From: a virus
Taxonomy: Duplodnaviria; Caudoviricetes
DNA: 41,355 bases
Reading direction: 5' to 3' (one strand)
IMG/VR virus record: IMGVR_UViG_3300005512_000089
Span: 1-41,355 of that record
In this document: piece by piece, positions 28,900-36,381 of the stretch
How positions within the stretch are numbered: position 1 is the first letter of the stretch
Layout of the letters: the number at the start of each line of letters is the position of its first letter
Program-made: the position numbers and the translations under genes
Notes under the pieces: generated by a model
What the model saw: the letters and a program-made list of their open reading frames with translations, nothing else
Told to the model about the DNA's origin: nothing
Databases searched by the model: none

Positions 28900-29356
28900 T
28901 TAAAGTGGTTTTTGACGAAAACGTTTCTGTTTGAGTATGACAATTAGGACAGAGTAGTCTTAAGTTATCAGGTTTATTATTATAACACATTCCGTCGATA
29001 TGGTCAACCTGTAGTCTTAAAAACTTTCCCATCCACTCTGAACTTTGATTGCAGCATTCGCATTTGTTGCCCCTCTCTTCTATCAAGAGTCTGTAAAGAA
29101 TATTTCTTTTACATCTTTTACCCTTATTATCATAGTAATCTTTGAGAGAAGGCCACTTATTTGTACCTCCAAAACTTCTAAGTTTTTTTGTATAATCCGG
29201 CTTATAGTCCGGTATCCATTTAGAAGTTCTTGCCCTCAAAGTATCAGGTTTACAGTTTAATTCAAGGCAAAGGTCCGTAGGAGTTTTTTCTCCAGATAAA
29301 AGAGAATTTATAATATATTCTTTTTTATCATCTAAATCTTTTCTAATCTTTGGCAT
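28850..29356 (-). CDS. HNH endonuclease with N-terminal HTH-like region
   Basis: CECC...W.G..L.LQVDHIDG...NN...NLRLLCPNCH. Confidence 0.9.
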   Translation of the reverse strand: MPKIRKDLDDKKEYIINSLLSGEKTPTDLCLELNCKPDTLRARTSKWIPDYKPDYTKKLRSFGGTNKWPSLKDYYDNKGKRCKRNILYRLLIEERGNKCECCNQSSEWMGKFLRLQVDHIDGMCYNNKPDNLRLLCPNCHTQTETFSSKTTLSPSGGMVDTRRLERRS

Positions 29357-29378
29357 TTTAATGGCAGACTTGCTAGTC

Positions 29379-29385
29379 TTTAAAC
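29379..29385 (-). promoter_or_regulatory. GTTTAAA element before the HNH gene
   Basis: 22 nt before ATG 29356. Confidence 0.5.
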
Positions 29386-29399
29386 TAGTAATCTACCAA

Positions 29400-29639
29400 T
29401 CAAAATGGGATCGCAGGGCCTGTAGTTGTAGGCATTTCTGGGACTTCAGGAATCTCAACCGTAGAGTCGATGATACCAGGAAGTGCCTTAGTGATTTCTT
29501 CTGTTACTGCCGCTTTTGCATTGTCTACCACGTCTGTGATGATCTTATCCTTATTAACATAAAGATACGCCCCGCCACCAACAAGACTAGCAGATACTAA
29601 GAATGACGTAAACGCCATTAGGTTAAATAAACCTTGCAT
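29400..29639 (-). CDS. small membrane protein
   Basis: N-terminal transmembrane helix and Pro-rich C-terminus. Confidence 0.65.
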   Translation of the reverse strand: MQGLFNLMAFTSFLVSASLVGGGAYLYVNKDKIITDVVDNAKAAVTEEITKALPGIIDSTVEIPEVPEMPTTTGPAIPF

Positions 29640-29691
29640 AATATTTCTAGGTTGCAAAGAACTTTAATCTATTTTTAAGCTTGTTAATATA

Positions 29692-29764
29692 AGCCCCCGA
29701 CATGACTTGAACATGCGACATCGGCTTTACAAAAGCCGCGCTCTACCAGCTGAGCTACAGGGGC
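29692..29764 (-). tRNA. trnT: tRNA-Thr(TGT)
   Basis: GCCCCTG/CGGGGGC acceptor, CGGCT-TTTGTAA-AGCCG anticodon arm. Confidence 0.92.
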
Positions 29765-29770
29765 GTAGGT

Positions 29771-29980
29771 TTATTTAATGATTGGCCTCTCACCTTGCAT
29801 AAAAGCATATAGGTTTTCGGCTTTGGTAAGATTCTCCCTATGATAGTCGATCCAGTGCTGGATCTCTGAGAGGATCTCCTCGTAGGCCTGCCTTGCATCT
29901 ACTTTTTCGTCGGTGAGGTAATCACCGATGGCATCGCCCATTCGGTCTTTACGTTGTTCCTCATAAGTTTTGTAGTTCAT
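29771..29980 (-). CDS. hypothetical protein
   Basis: 69-aa ORF in a chain of ATGA-coupled genes. Confidence 0.7.
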   Translation of the reverse strand: MNYKTYEEQRKDRMGDAIGDYLTDEKVDARQAYEEILSEIQHWIDYHRENLTKAENLYAFMQGERPIIK

Positions 29981-30234
29981 TTGATTCTGCGCTCTAAGGT
30001 TTTTTGTTGGGTGGGTTCGGGGAAATAACTCTCGGTTTGAACAAGGATAAAAGATACAAATATAAGGGCAAAGAACAGAGCATTTACCATTACATTAGAA
30101 GCTATAACCTGCTTCTTTATCTCTTGGATCTCTGTCCTAAGATCTGCGCGAACTTCTTGGAGGTCTTCGTGTATGTCTTGGTGGTGGAATCTCAATGGCT
30201 TTTGGATAAGATCTTTTACTTTTTTAGATTTCAT
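29977..30234 (-). CDS. hypothetical membrane protein
   Basis: coiled coil followed by a transmembrane helix; ATGA-coupled. Confidence 0.65.
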   Translation of the reverse strand: MKSKKVKDLIQKPLRFHHQDIHEDLQEVRADLRTEIQEIKKQVIASNVMVNALFFALIFVSFILVQTESYFPEPTQQKTLERRIK

Positions 30235-30473
30235 TTTATAGCTCCCCTCTCTTTCAAGAATTGAAGAGTTTCTTTCATACTTCCTATATGATTTTTTCCT
30301 ATAGATACCTGAGGATAAGTTGCTTCAGGCCCGAACTCTCCCCTAAAAGCCCTTTCTGAGAAATGCTTCCCCAGTCTGTACTCTAAGAACTCGCCACCGA
30401 GAGCTTTAAGAAGAGAGGCAATGCGTTCGCACTCTTGGCTCCCGTTCGAGTAGATGACTGCAGTTTCACTCAT
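30231..30473 (-). CDS. glutaredoxin-like protein
   Basis: VIYS...QEC and ATYPQV.IG..HIG glutaredoxin fold; only one Cys. Confidence 0.75.
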   Translation of the reverse strand: MSETAVIYSNGSQECERIASLLKALGGEFLEYRLGKHFSERAFRGEFGPEATYPQVSIGKNHIGSMKETLQFLKERGAIK

Positions 30474-30634
30474 ATCTTTCCGATTACTTCTTGTTGTTTC
30501 ATGTAAAGCTTTACGTAAGCTTTAGCTAGTTCTCTGAGTAATTCTGGATTCTCGATCAGATCGATTGCTCTGGCATGTTTCTCATAAGAGAACTGGCGAG
30601 CCGTTGTTTCAAGGGTAATGTCTTCAGGTTTCAT
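30470..30634 (-). CDS. nblA: NblA-like phycobilisome degradation adaptor
   Basis: 54 aa MKPEDITLETTARQFSYEKHARAIDLIENPELLRELAKAYVKLYMKQQEVIGKI; two-helix NblA pattern; overlaps both neighbours; absent from the ORF track. Confidence 0.6.
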   Translation of the reverse strand: MKPEDITLETTARQFSYEKHARAIDLIENPELLRELAKAYVKLYMKQQEVIGKI

Positions 30635-31052
30635 AATGTTTCTTAACCCAACGTTTTAAAGAGAGATAACGTTCTTTCCAAGATTTCAACTCGTTGAGAT
30701 CGCTTTCTATAACAAGAGCTCCTTCTATAAAGGTTAGTTTTTTTCTAGGGAAGGGAACATAATATGCGTCCCATTTTGAAGGATAGACCTCGATGGTATC
30801 GGTAATGGCAAGGGGTGTTACTCTCCCTCGTTTCCCGTTAGGGACGGTCTTAAAACGATCGAATGCATTTTTTCTCTTTTCTTCAGGGACAGAGACCCAA
30901 TCCTGGGTTCCAGAGTAGTCCACGTGATACAGTCTGCCTACCGGGTCTATCCAGTATTGCTCACAAAATCCATTCAGATCCTTTGTCTGGAGCTCTTTGT
31001 TAAACCCAGGGCCAAGATCGTATGATGATTTGATCGTGTCGTACATTCCCAA
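30624..31052 (-). CDS. hypothetical protein
   Basis: MGMYDT...QTKDL....YWIDP.G.LY; 142 aa. Confidence 0.75.
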   Translation of the reverse strand: MGMYDTIKSSYDLGPGFNKELQTKDLNGFCEQYWIDPVGRLYHVDYSGTQDWVSVPEEKRKNAFDRFKTVPNGKRGRVTPLAITDTIEVYPSKWDAYYVPFPRKKLTFIEGALVIESDLNELKSWKERYLSLKRWVKKHYET

Positions 31053-31056
31053 GAAA

Positions 31057-31734
31057 TCAGTCCTCCTTTATATACCCTTCATCGATCAAATATTGTCTTG
31101 TAAGAGGAGTGGGAGGATAGACCTTCCACATTTCTCCAGTTGCGCATGCTTTTAGGGCATCTAGTGTCATTCCTTCTGTTTTCCCTGCCCAGGTTGCTTC
31201 TGCTTCCCAAGGCAAAACATGAGGAGGATAGGTGCGTTCTGCCATTTCCCTCCAGAAAGTTGGGACATCTTCTTCGTTTTTAATGACTGCAATAATGTTA
31301 TTTTTAATAGTTCCTCCCATGCAATCTTGAGCAACGTGCCAGCCCTCATGGCGCATTACGCTCATTAAGACATTTGGTCTGTGCATGAATGACTTGTTAA
31401 GGAAGAAGTTATTGCCCACAGTATGATACACACCGCGATGGCCTACAAGAAAATAGCGCTCGTCAGCAATAAAGACTTTAACGCCAACTTGATTGAGAAT
31501 GGCTAGAAGTTGATTAAACTCAGTTGCCACTCTGGTGAATTTCTCTGGATTGGGGTATTTAGAGGAGACATCTAGAAGAGAATATACTTCCTCAACGTCT
31601 TTTGTGCACTCTCTAAGAAGCATACATCCCATGGCGTCCATGGTGTAAAACCCTTTGGTGATTTTCTCTTCGTTGGCAAATACTATTGCTGGGAGAAGAG
31701 TGAATGCTCCGAGTGCCGCTAAAAATTTTTTCAT
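31057..31734 (-). CDS. secreted zinc metalloprotease-like protein
   Basis: signal peptide MKKFLAALGA..., HEGWH (HExxH) and a downstream WEAEA. Confidence 0.65.
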   Translation of the reverse strand: MKKFLAALGAFTLLPAIVFANEEKITKGFYTMDAMGCMLLRECTKDVEEVYSLLDVSSKYPNPEKFTRVATEFNQLLAILNQVGVKVFIADERYFLVGHRGVYHTVGNNFFLNKSFMHRPNVLMSVMRHEGWHVAQDCMGGTIKNNIIAVIKNEEDVPTFWREMAERTYPPHVLPWEAEATWAGKTEGMTLDALKACATGEMWKVYPPTPLTRQYLIDEGYIKED

Positions 31735-31749
31735 AATAGTTTTGAAAAA

Positions 31750-31834
31750 TGCGAGTAGGGAGACTTGAACTCCCACGAGATTAATTCTCAACAGATTTTA
31801 AGTCTGGTGCGTCTACCGATTCCGCCATACTCGC
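31750..31834 (-). tRNA. trnL: tRNA-Leu(TAA)
   Basis: GCGAGTA/TACTCGC acceptor, CTTAAAA anticodon loop, long variable arm, no intron. Confidence 0.92.
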
Positions 31835-31843
31835 GAGAATAGG

Positions 31844-31916
31844 TGCTCCTTGTGTGGATCGAACACACCTTAGGCGAATTATGAGTTCGCTGCATTCACC
31901 AGATTGCTAAAGGAGC
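31844..31916 (-). tRNA. tRNA with CAT anticodon (Ile2 or elongator Met)
   Basis: GCTCCTT/AAGGAGC acceptor, GCGAA-CTCATAA-TTCGC anticodon arm; paired G1-C72, so not an initiator. Confidence 0.88.
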
Positions 31917-31918
31917 AA

Positions 31919-31990
31919 TAGGACTGCTGGGAGTTGAACCCAGGTCACACCGTTATAAGCAGTGGGCCTTAACCGTTAGGCGACAGTCCC
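31919..31990 (-). tRNA. trnI: tRNA-Ile(TAT)
   Basis: GGGACTG/CAGTCCT acceptor, CACTG-CTTATAA-CGGTG anticodon arm, CTGGG-TTCAACT-CCCAG T arm. Confidence 0.88.
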
Positions 31991-31997
31991 GTAAACT

Positions 31998-32162
31998 TTA
32001 CTTAGCGTAAAAATCTCCAGGGAGTTGGTCGATTGGCATAATCAACACGCGGTTTGGTCCGTCGATGATAGTGAATGTTTCTCCGTTTTCAACTCTTTCA
32101 AAGAGAGGATCGAAGTCTTCTTGAAACTCCTCTACGGTAAATTCTTTTTTGTTAGGATCCAT
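31998..32162 (-). CDS. small Phd/YefM-fold-like protein
   Basis: 54 aa MDPNKKEFTVEEFQEDFDPLFERVENGETFTIIDGPNRVLIMP...; absent from the ORF track; directly after a sigma70 promoter. Confidence 0.55.
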   Translation of the reverse strand: MDPNKKEFTVEEFQEDFDPLFERVENGETFTIIDGPNRVLIMPIDQLPGDFYAK

Positions 32163-32185
32163 CGGATTTTTTTCGATGTATATAC

Positions 32186-32214
32186 ATTATACCAAGAATC
32201 GGGCCCACAGTCAA
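32186..32214 (-). promoter_or_regulatory. sigma70-type promoter for the tRNA cluster
   Basis: TTGACT-17 nt-TATAAT. Confidence 0.75.
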
Positions 32215-32257
32215 CCCCATTCCGGCAACAAATATAAAGATAGGATTAGGGGCTAGA

Positions 32258-32977
32258 CTAGCAAGAGCCTTCATCGCCGGGTTCAACTGTGAAAATAAAT
32301 GGGAGTGGGTCATTTTCTTTAGTTTGTTGGATTTCCCTTTCTTCTTTAGTCTTGTATTGCCACTCTCTAGTATCTCCCACTGTCCAAGACGGATCGGTCT
32401 CTACTGCGAAGTCGTGGGTGGAAACCTTGAAGTCTGGAGTTTTAACTTCTCTGGGGATCATAGAAGCCTCGTACCATAGCACTCTATTGTTCGGCTGAGC
32501 AGCATATTGCCCGTTATCTAGAGCAATTACGTTGAATGACTTGTGCTCGTCAGGAGTTTCAGATAGACCGAGTCTTGGCCGATTGTAATCTGGTTCGCAA
32601 GCATCGATGGTAAACATGTACTCTCCGTGGTGCCATTGCTTATCTTTCCCAAGAAACTTACAACGCAACCCGCTAAGAGTAAACTTCTCCACCACTGTGA
32701 TGTCGTAGCTAAAACAGTCCCACAACTCTATAACATCAAGTGGGAGGTCCGGTGAGGGGGTTTCTGGATCTGAGACAAACGCGTGGAGGGGAAGTTTGTC
32801 ATAGAGTGCTCCGTACTCTGGTAAGAGGGCCTCAATGTATATTGCACGGCGAGCAATAGACTTCACGCTAATCCATATTGCTTCGGTAAACTCACCATGA
32901 CCCTTCTCTAGGTCGTATAGATATTCTTTTCGCACATAGCATTTGTGCGGAGGTACATTTGCTACTAAAAAACTCAT
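32258..32977 (-). CDS. hypothetical phage protein
   Basis: start MSFLVAN; VRKEYLYD...GHGEF, LWDCFSY and NGQYAAQPNNR. Confidence 0.8.
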   Translation of the reverse strand: MSFLVANVPPHKCYVRKEYLYDLEKGHGEFTEAIWISVKSIARRAIYIEALLPEYGALYDKLPLHAFVSDPETPSPDLPLDVIELWDCFSYDITVVEKFTLSGLRCKFLGKDKQWHHGEYMFTIDACEPDYNRPRLGLSETPDEHKSFNVIALDNGQYAAQPNNRVLWYEASMIPREVKTPDFKVSTHDFAVETDPSWTVGDTREWQYKTKEEREIQQTKENDPLPFIFTVEPGDEGSC

Positions 32978-33005
32978 AGTTAACCTATAACTACGAGACT
33001 TTACA

Positions 33006-33401
33006 CTACTTAACCAATTCTTGGAGTACCGGAGAGGGCATCTGTTGAAAACCTGGGACGACTTGTCCAATAAACAAACCAACGATAACCAACCCACCTG
33101 CAACTAAATATCTCCATTTAGTTAGGTCTTCTACTTTTTTCTCAAGACCATTCAGCCGGCCGGTGAGTTCTTCGTGTTCCCTGTGGCTTTCCTCTTTGAG
33201 CTCTTCTATCTTCTCATATAAAGCGTCTTCTTCGAGGGCTCTCTCTTCGAGTTTACCCTCGTGCTTGATGAGCATTTCTTTGATGCTAAGAGATACTTCA
33301 CTGAGTTTCTCTATGGACTCGTCTAGCTTGGTGAAATATTTTTCGTGGGTATCTAATCTAGACTCGATTACAGAGACCCGGCTATCGTTAAAAACGCCCA
33401 T
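33006..33401 (-). CDS. coiled-coil protein with C-terminal membrane anchor
   Basis: heptad-rich, then KWRY and a transmembrane helix; GTTTAAA element at 33431-33437. Confidence 0.7.
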   Translation of the reverse strand: MGVFNDSRVSVIESRLDTHEKYFTKLDESIEKLSEVSLSIKEMLIKHEGKLEERALEEDALYEKIEELKEESHREHEELTGRLNGLEKKVEDLTKWRYLVAGGLVIVGLFIGQVVPGFQQMPSPVLQELVK

Positions 33402-33453
33402 GGTATAAACTACAATTCTTCTATATATTATTTAAACTTGGAAATGTCAACAA

Positions 33454-33687
33454 TTAAAGATCTTTTTCTTCCTTGCCCAGCTTTCTTATCAGCCCAGCTC
33501 TCTTCTCCCAGGTATCACCGCTGTCAGACCCCTTGCAAGGATTGATGCACCGATCGTCTCCGAAGTTATTGCACACTAGTCCAGCAAGATCGTGAGGACA
33601 CCCTTCTTTTCCCGTAGACCAATAAAGCTGGCCATCAATCCATCTTGCCCCGCATTTAGGACACTCAGATACTGTTTTTTCTGTCAT
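33454..33687 (-). CDS. Cys-rich hypothetical protein
   Basis: CPKC...W..G...DLAGLVCN...CINP. Confidence 0.7.
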   Translation of the reverse strand: MTEKTVSECPKCGARWIDGQLYWSTGKEGCPHDLAGLVCNNFGDDRCINPCKGSDSGDTWEKRAGLIRKLGKEEKDL

Positions 33688-33886
33688 TGTGAAGTTCCTT
33701 CATTGATTTATTAAGCATCCTCTTTAACTTACGTCTCATGAAGAGCATCCGCACGAGGATTATTTGGTACCTGATAGAGAGATCAACGTATCTGACCAAG
33801 TTAAGAGTATTTTCTGTTCCTGCATAGGAGATCATCCCGGCCAAAATAAAAACCGTGAGATAAAATCCAATGAAACCATATTCCAT
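33665..33886 (-). CDS. small membrane protein
   Basis: MEYGFIGFYL... with a transmembrane helix and basic tail. Confidence 0.6.
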   Translation of the reverse strand: MEYGFIGFYLTVFILAGMISYAGTENTLNLVRYVDLSIRYQIILVRMLFMRRKLKRMLNKSMKELHNDRKNSI

Positions 33887-34153
33887 ACTAATAACGATAT
33901 TCGTCAATTATATCTAGGACATCAGATAATACTATATCTACTGCCTCTTTCTCCTTTACGCCCCATTCTCGGCCGTAAGAGCCATTGTGTAAATGATCTT
34001 TTAACTTTAGTACTCTGGACAGAATGTCAATCTTAGTTAATTGGCTTCTAGGCATGATTAGAAAATTGTTCCATTATAGCACCGGCCGCAGAATAGCGAC
34101 AATCCTACTATAACAGATACTAGGGAAGTTGCTAGTATATATTTATACATACT

Positions 34154-34182
34154 AAAAAAGAGGCAGCTAGAAACTACCTCTT
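34154..34182 (-). terminator. rho-independent terminator after hli
   Basis: GAGGTAG-loop-CTGCCTC followed by T6 on the minus strand. Confidence 0.75.
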
Positions 34183-34227
34183 AAATACCTTAATCAGGGT
34201 TTTTTAATTTAATTAAATTTTAACTAT

Positions 34228-34419
34228 TCACCAGATGCCGGGAATGATTTGTCCTGTTACAGCGTAAGCGCCAAGAGCAGCGATAACGCCAAGCATAGCA
34301 AAACGTCCATTTAGTTTTTCTGCTTTTTCGTTGTGAGTTTCGTACACGTCCATAATCTCCATAGGTGGTTCTTTGGCAAACATGTTTTGACGTCCGCCGT
34401 CTTCAGTAGTAACAGTCAT
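34228..34419 (-). CDS. hli: high-light inducible protein
   Basis: AEKLNGRFAMLG chlorophyll-binding motif and TGQIIPGIW. Confidence 0.95.
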   Translation of the reverse strand: MTVTTEDGGRQNMFAKEPPMEIMDVYETHNEKAEKLNGRFAMLGVIAALGAYAVTGQIIPGIW

Positions 34420-34441
34420 TGTGTATTTATATGACTATATA

Positions 34442-34470
34442 ATTATAAACGAATTATTAAAATTTGTAAA
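34442..34470 (-). promoter_or_regulatory. sigma70-type promoter of hli
   Basis: TTTACA-17 nt-TATAAT. Confidence 0.7.
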
Positions 34471-34474
34471 GGGC

Positions 34475-34672
34475 TCACCACTCTAAATTTTCTTGGTGTT
34501 CTGCGTTTTGTCTGCAGTATCCATGCACATCTAACTTCATATCTAGATGTGCTTTTGTATGTATAGCCTCAATTAACAAAAGAAACCCAAGTAGGAATGC
34601 CGGGACTAGCCATAACTGCGAAGAGCAACAGGCAATGCACCAACGTTTCCACTTGGGATCACATTCTTTCAT
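34475..34672 (-). CDS. small membrane protein
   Basis: 65 aa; transmembrane helix then IH..AH..M..DVHGYC. Confidence 0.6.
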   Translation of the reverse strand: MKECDPKWKRWCIACCSSQLWLVPAFLLGFLLLIEAIHTKAHLDMKLDVHGYCRQNAEHQENLEW

Positions 34673-35028
34673 CAGAACTTGTACTTAGTACCGACTTCAA
34701 ATTTCCAGTCGCGAGTAGAATCATCGTTGAAGATGTTCTCGTACTTACCATAAGCACCGAACTTCTCGGTGATCTTTACCTTGGTGCCAACTTCAAGAGC
34801 AGTGAAGTTTTCCATATCGCCGCCGTCAGGGGAGACAACGCCTACGCCGCCTTCGACATAGGGGGAAAGAGAGCCTGCTTTGAAGGAGTAACCAACACGG
34901 CCCTGATGGACTGCTTTGGAGAAGTCTTCGTCGGTTCCTTTGAACTCGTGCTTAGACTTAACATAAGGACCTGCCATGGCAGGAGCAGCAATTACGGAGG
35001 CTGCGAGAGCAAGAGCGAATGCTTTCAT
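34672..35028 (-). CDS. small outer-membrane beta-barrel-like protein
   Basis: signal peptide ending AMA-GPYV, alternating beta strands, C-terminal KYKF. Confidence 0.75.
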   Translation of the reverse strand: MKAFALALAASVIAAPAMAGPYVKSKHEFKGTDEDFSKAVHQGRVGYSFKAGSLSPYVEGGVGVVSPDGGDMENFTALEVGTKVKITEKFGAYGKYENIFNDDSTRDWKFEVGTKYKF

Positions 35029-35044
35029 CGTTTATATCTCCGAA

Positions 35045-35410
35045 TCAGAAGTTGAACTTAGCGCCGACCTTGGCACCATAACCGTTGTCAGCATCATCGA
35101 TGCCAGTCGCGAAGGAAACTTCACCGTACAGATCGAGACGCTCGGTGGCAGCAACAGAAGCACCAGCCTTACCAGAGAAGACGGTCTCGGACTCAGCACC
35201 GTCAGGGGAGACGAGGCTAGGACCTGCTTGGACGTAATAACCAACAGCACCAGTAGCACCCTCATAACCGACGTGAAGGTCAGTAGTGGTTCCAGAGTAA
35301 TCGCTACCAGCGAAACCAGAGTTTGCTTCTACATTGACATAAGGACCTGCAAAAGCAGCGCCAGCGGACATGGAGAGAGCAGCAGTTGCTGCGAATACAG
35401 ATTTAATCAT
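35045..35410 (-). CDS. small outer-membrane beta-barrel-like protein (paralog)
   Basis: signal peptide ending AFA-GPYV, C-terminal KFNF. Confidence 0.78.
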   Translation of the reverse strand: MIKSVFAATAALSMSAGAAFAGPYVNVEANSGFAGSDYSGTTTDLHVGYEGATGAVGYYVQAGPSLVSPDGAESETVFSGKAGASVAATERLDLYGEVSFATGIDDADNGYGAKVGAKFNF

Positions 35411-35423
35411 AATGTTTTTAGTG

Positions 35424-35488
35424 TATCTCGGGAGGGAAAATAGGTCGCCTCACGGATGGAGGAGATCTCGACATGATCTCCTTGAGAA
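35424..35488 (-). ncRNA. structured 5' leader
   Basis: perfect 8-bp stem AGGAGATC/GATCTCCT (35460-35482), plus GAGG/CCTC and TCTC/GAGA pairings in a leader of about 105 nt. Confidence 0.4.
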
Positions 35489-35524
35489 TTATTACCTAAT
35501 GTAAAGGAAAATTCCCATAAGTAT

Positions 35525-35553
35525 ATTATAAACTATTTTTTAGGTATTGTCAA
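35525..35553 (-). promoter_or_regulatory. consensus sigma70 promoter
   Basis: perfect TTGACA-17 nt-TATAAT. Confidence 0.85.
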
Positions 35554-36381
35554 CTACTTAATAGCGCCTAATCTCTCGATATATTCCCGAGCGATTTCCT
35601 CGCGTTTTTGCTTTGCTGCTTTAGATTGGCCTTTGGCCTCTTGATACTTACGCACAGTTGTTCGTACCAGTTGAGCATAGAGACTCTTATCAAGCTCAGG
35701 ACGATCAATGTCAATAAGCTTATATACTTTGTTAAAGTCAATTATTGCCTTCGTGGGATTCTCTTCAATCTTTCCACTGAGGCCATAGTCGATTAATGTA
35801 GATTCACTACCACCTTCACCATCCGTCATAAATTGCTGGTTATGCATATCTCCGTGGTAGAAGCCCATCTTGTGAAGATCGCGGATTGCTCTGAGGGATT
35901 TACGGGCTTGGTCTTCGGTCATGGCCAGGCCCCTCTCCTTCTCTTCAGGAGTGCGGTTGTAACCGTTACCCCACAAAGGAGCTCCGTCGATGGCATCCAT
36001 CTCGATGTGTTCATCAGATGCAGAATGAACTTTCGGAGAGTGACCGAGTTCTGCCATACGTTTGCCGAGTTCGACTTCATGCGGGCCCCATTCCTTCCCT
36101 TCTTTAAGGGTCTTTACAACACGGTTTTGCTTGTCGTCTTTGTAGACGATTCCATAGTTTCCTTCGGCGAGTTTCTTCATCTTAGAGACGTCAGGGACAG
36201 ATGGCTTTGAAGGCTGGGCCTTCGGCTTCATTCTATCACCAACGTCCACCATCTTCCATCGACCATTAGTCTGTTTCTGAAGTGTATGGCCTGATTTAGG
36301 ATTTTTATATACCGCCCCAGGCTTTGCGCTTTTTCTTAAAGCCTCTGGAACTAGCTCGTCAGAATAATTTACTTTAGGCAT
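35554..36381 (-). CDS. protein kinase-like protein
   Basis: LAEGNYGIVY Gly loop, VVK, helix C Glu (HEVE), YHGDMH catalytic loop and LIDYGLS. Confidence 0.8.
   Translation of the reverse strand: MPKVNYSDELVPEALRKSAKPGAVYKNPKSGHTLQKQTNGRWKMVDVGDRMKPKAQPSKPSVPDVSKMKKLAEGNYGIVYKDDKQNRVVKTLKEGKEWGPHEVELGKRMAELGHSPKVHSASDEHIEMDAIDGAPLWGNGYNRTPEEKERGLAMTEDQARKSLRAIRDLHKMGFYHGDMHNQQFMTDGEGGSESTLIDYGLSGKIEENPTKAIIDFNKVYKLIDIDRPELDKSLYAQLVRTTVRKYQEAKGQSKAAKQKREEIAREYIERLGAIK

Noticed and set aside
31735-31791. Upstream start of the 244-aa ORF
   Set aside because: It falls inside tRNA-Leu(TAA); the signal peptide begins at ATG 31734.
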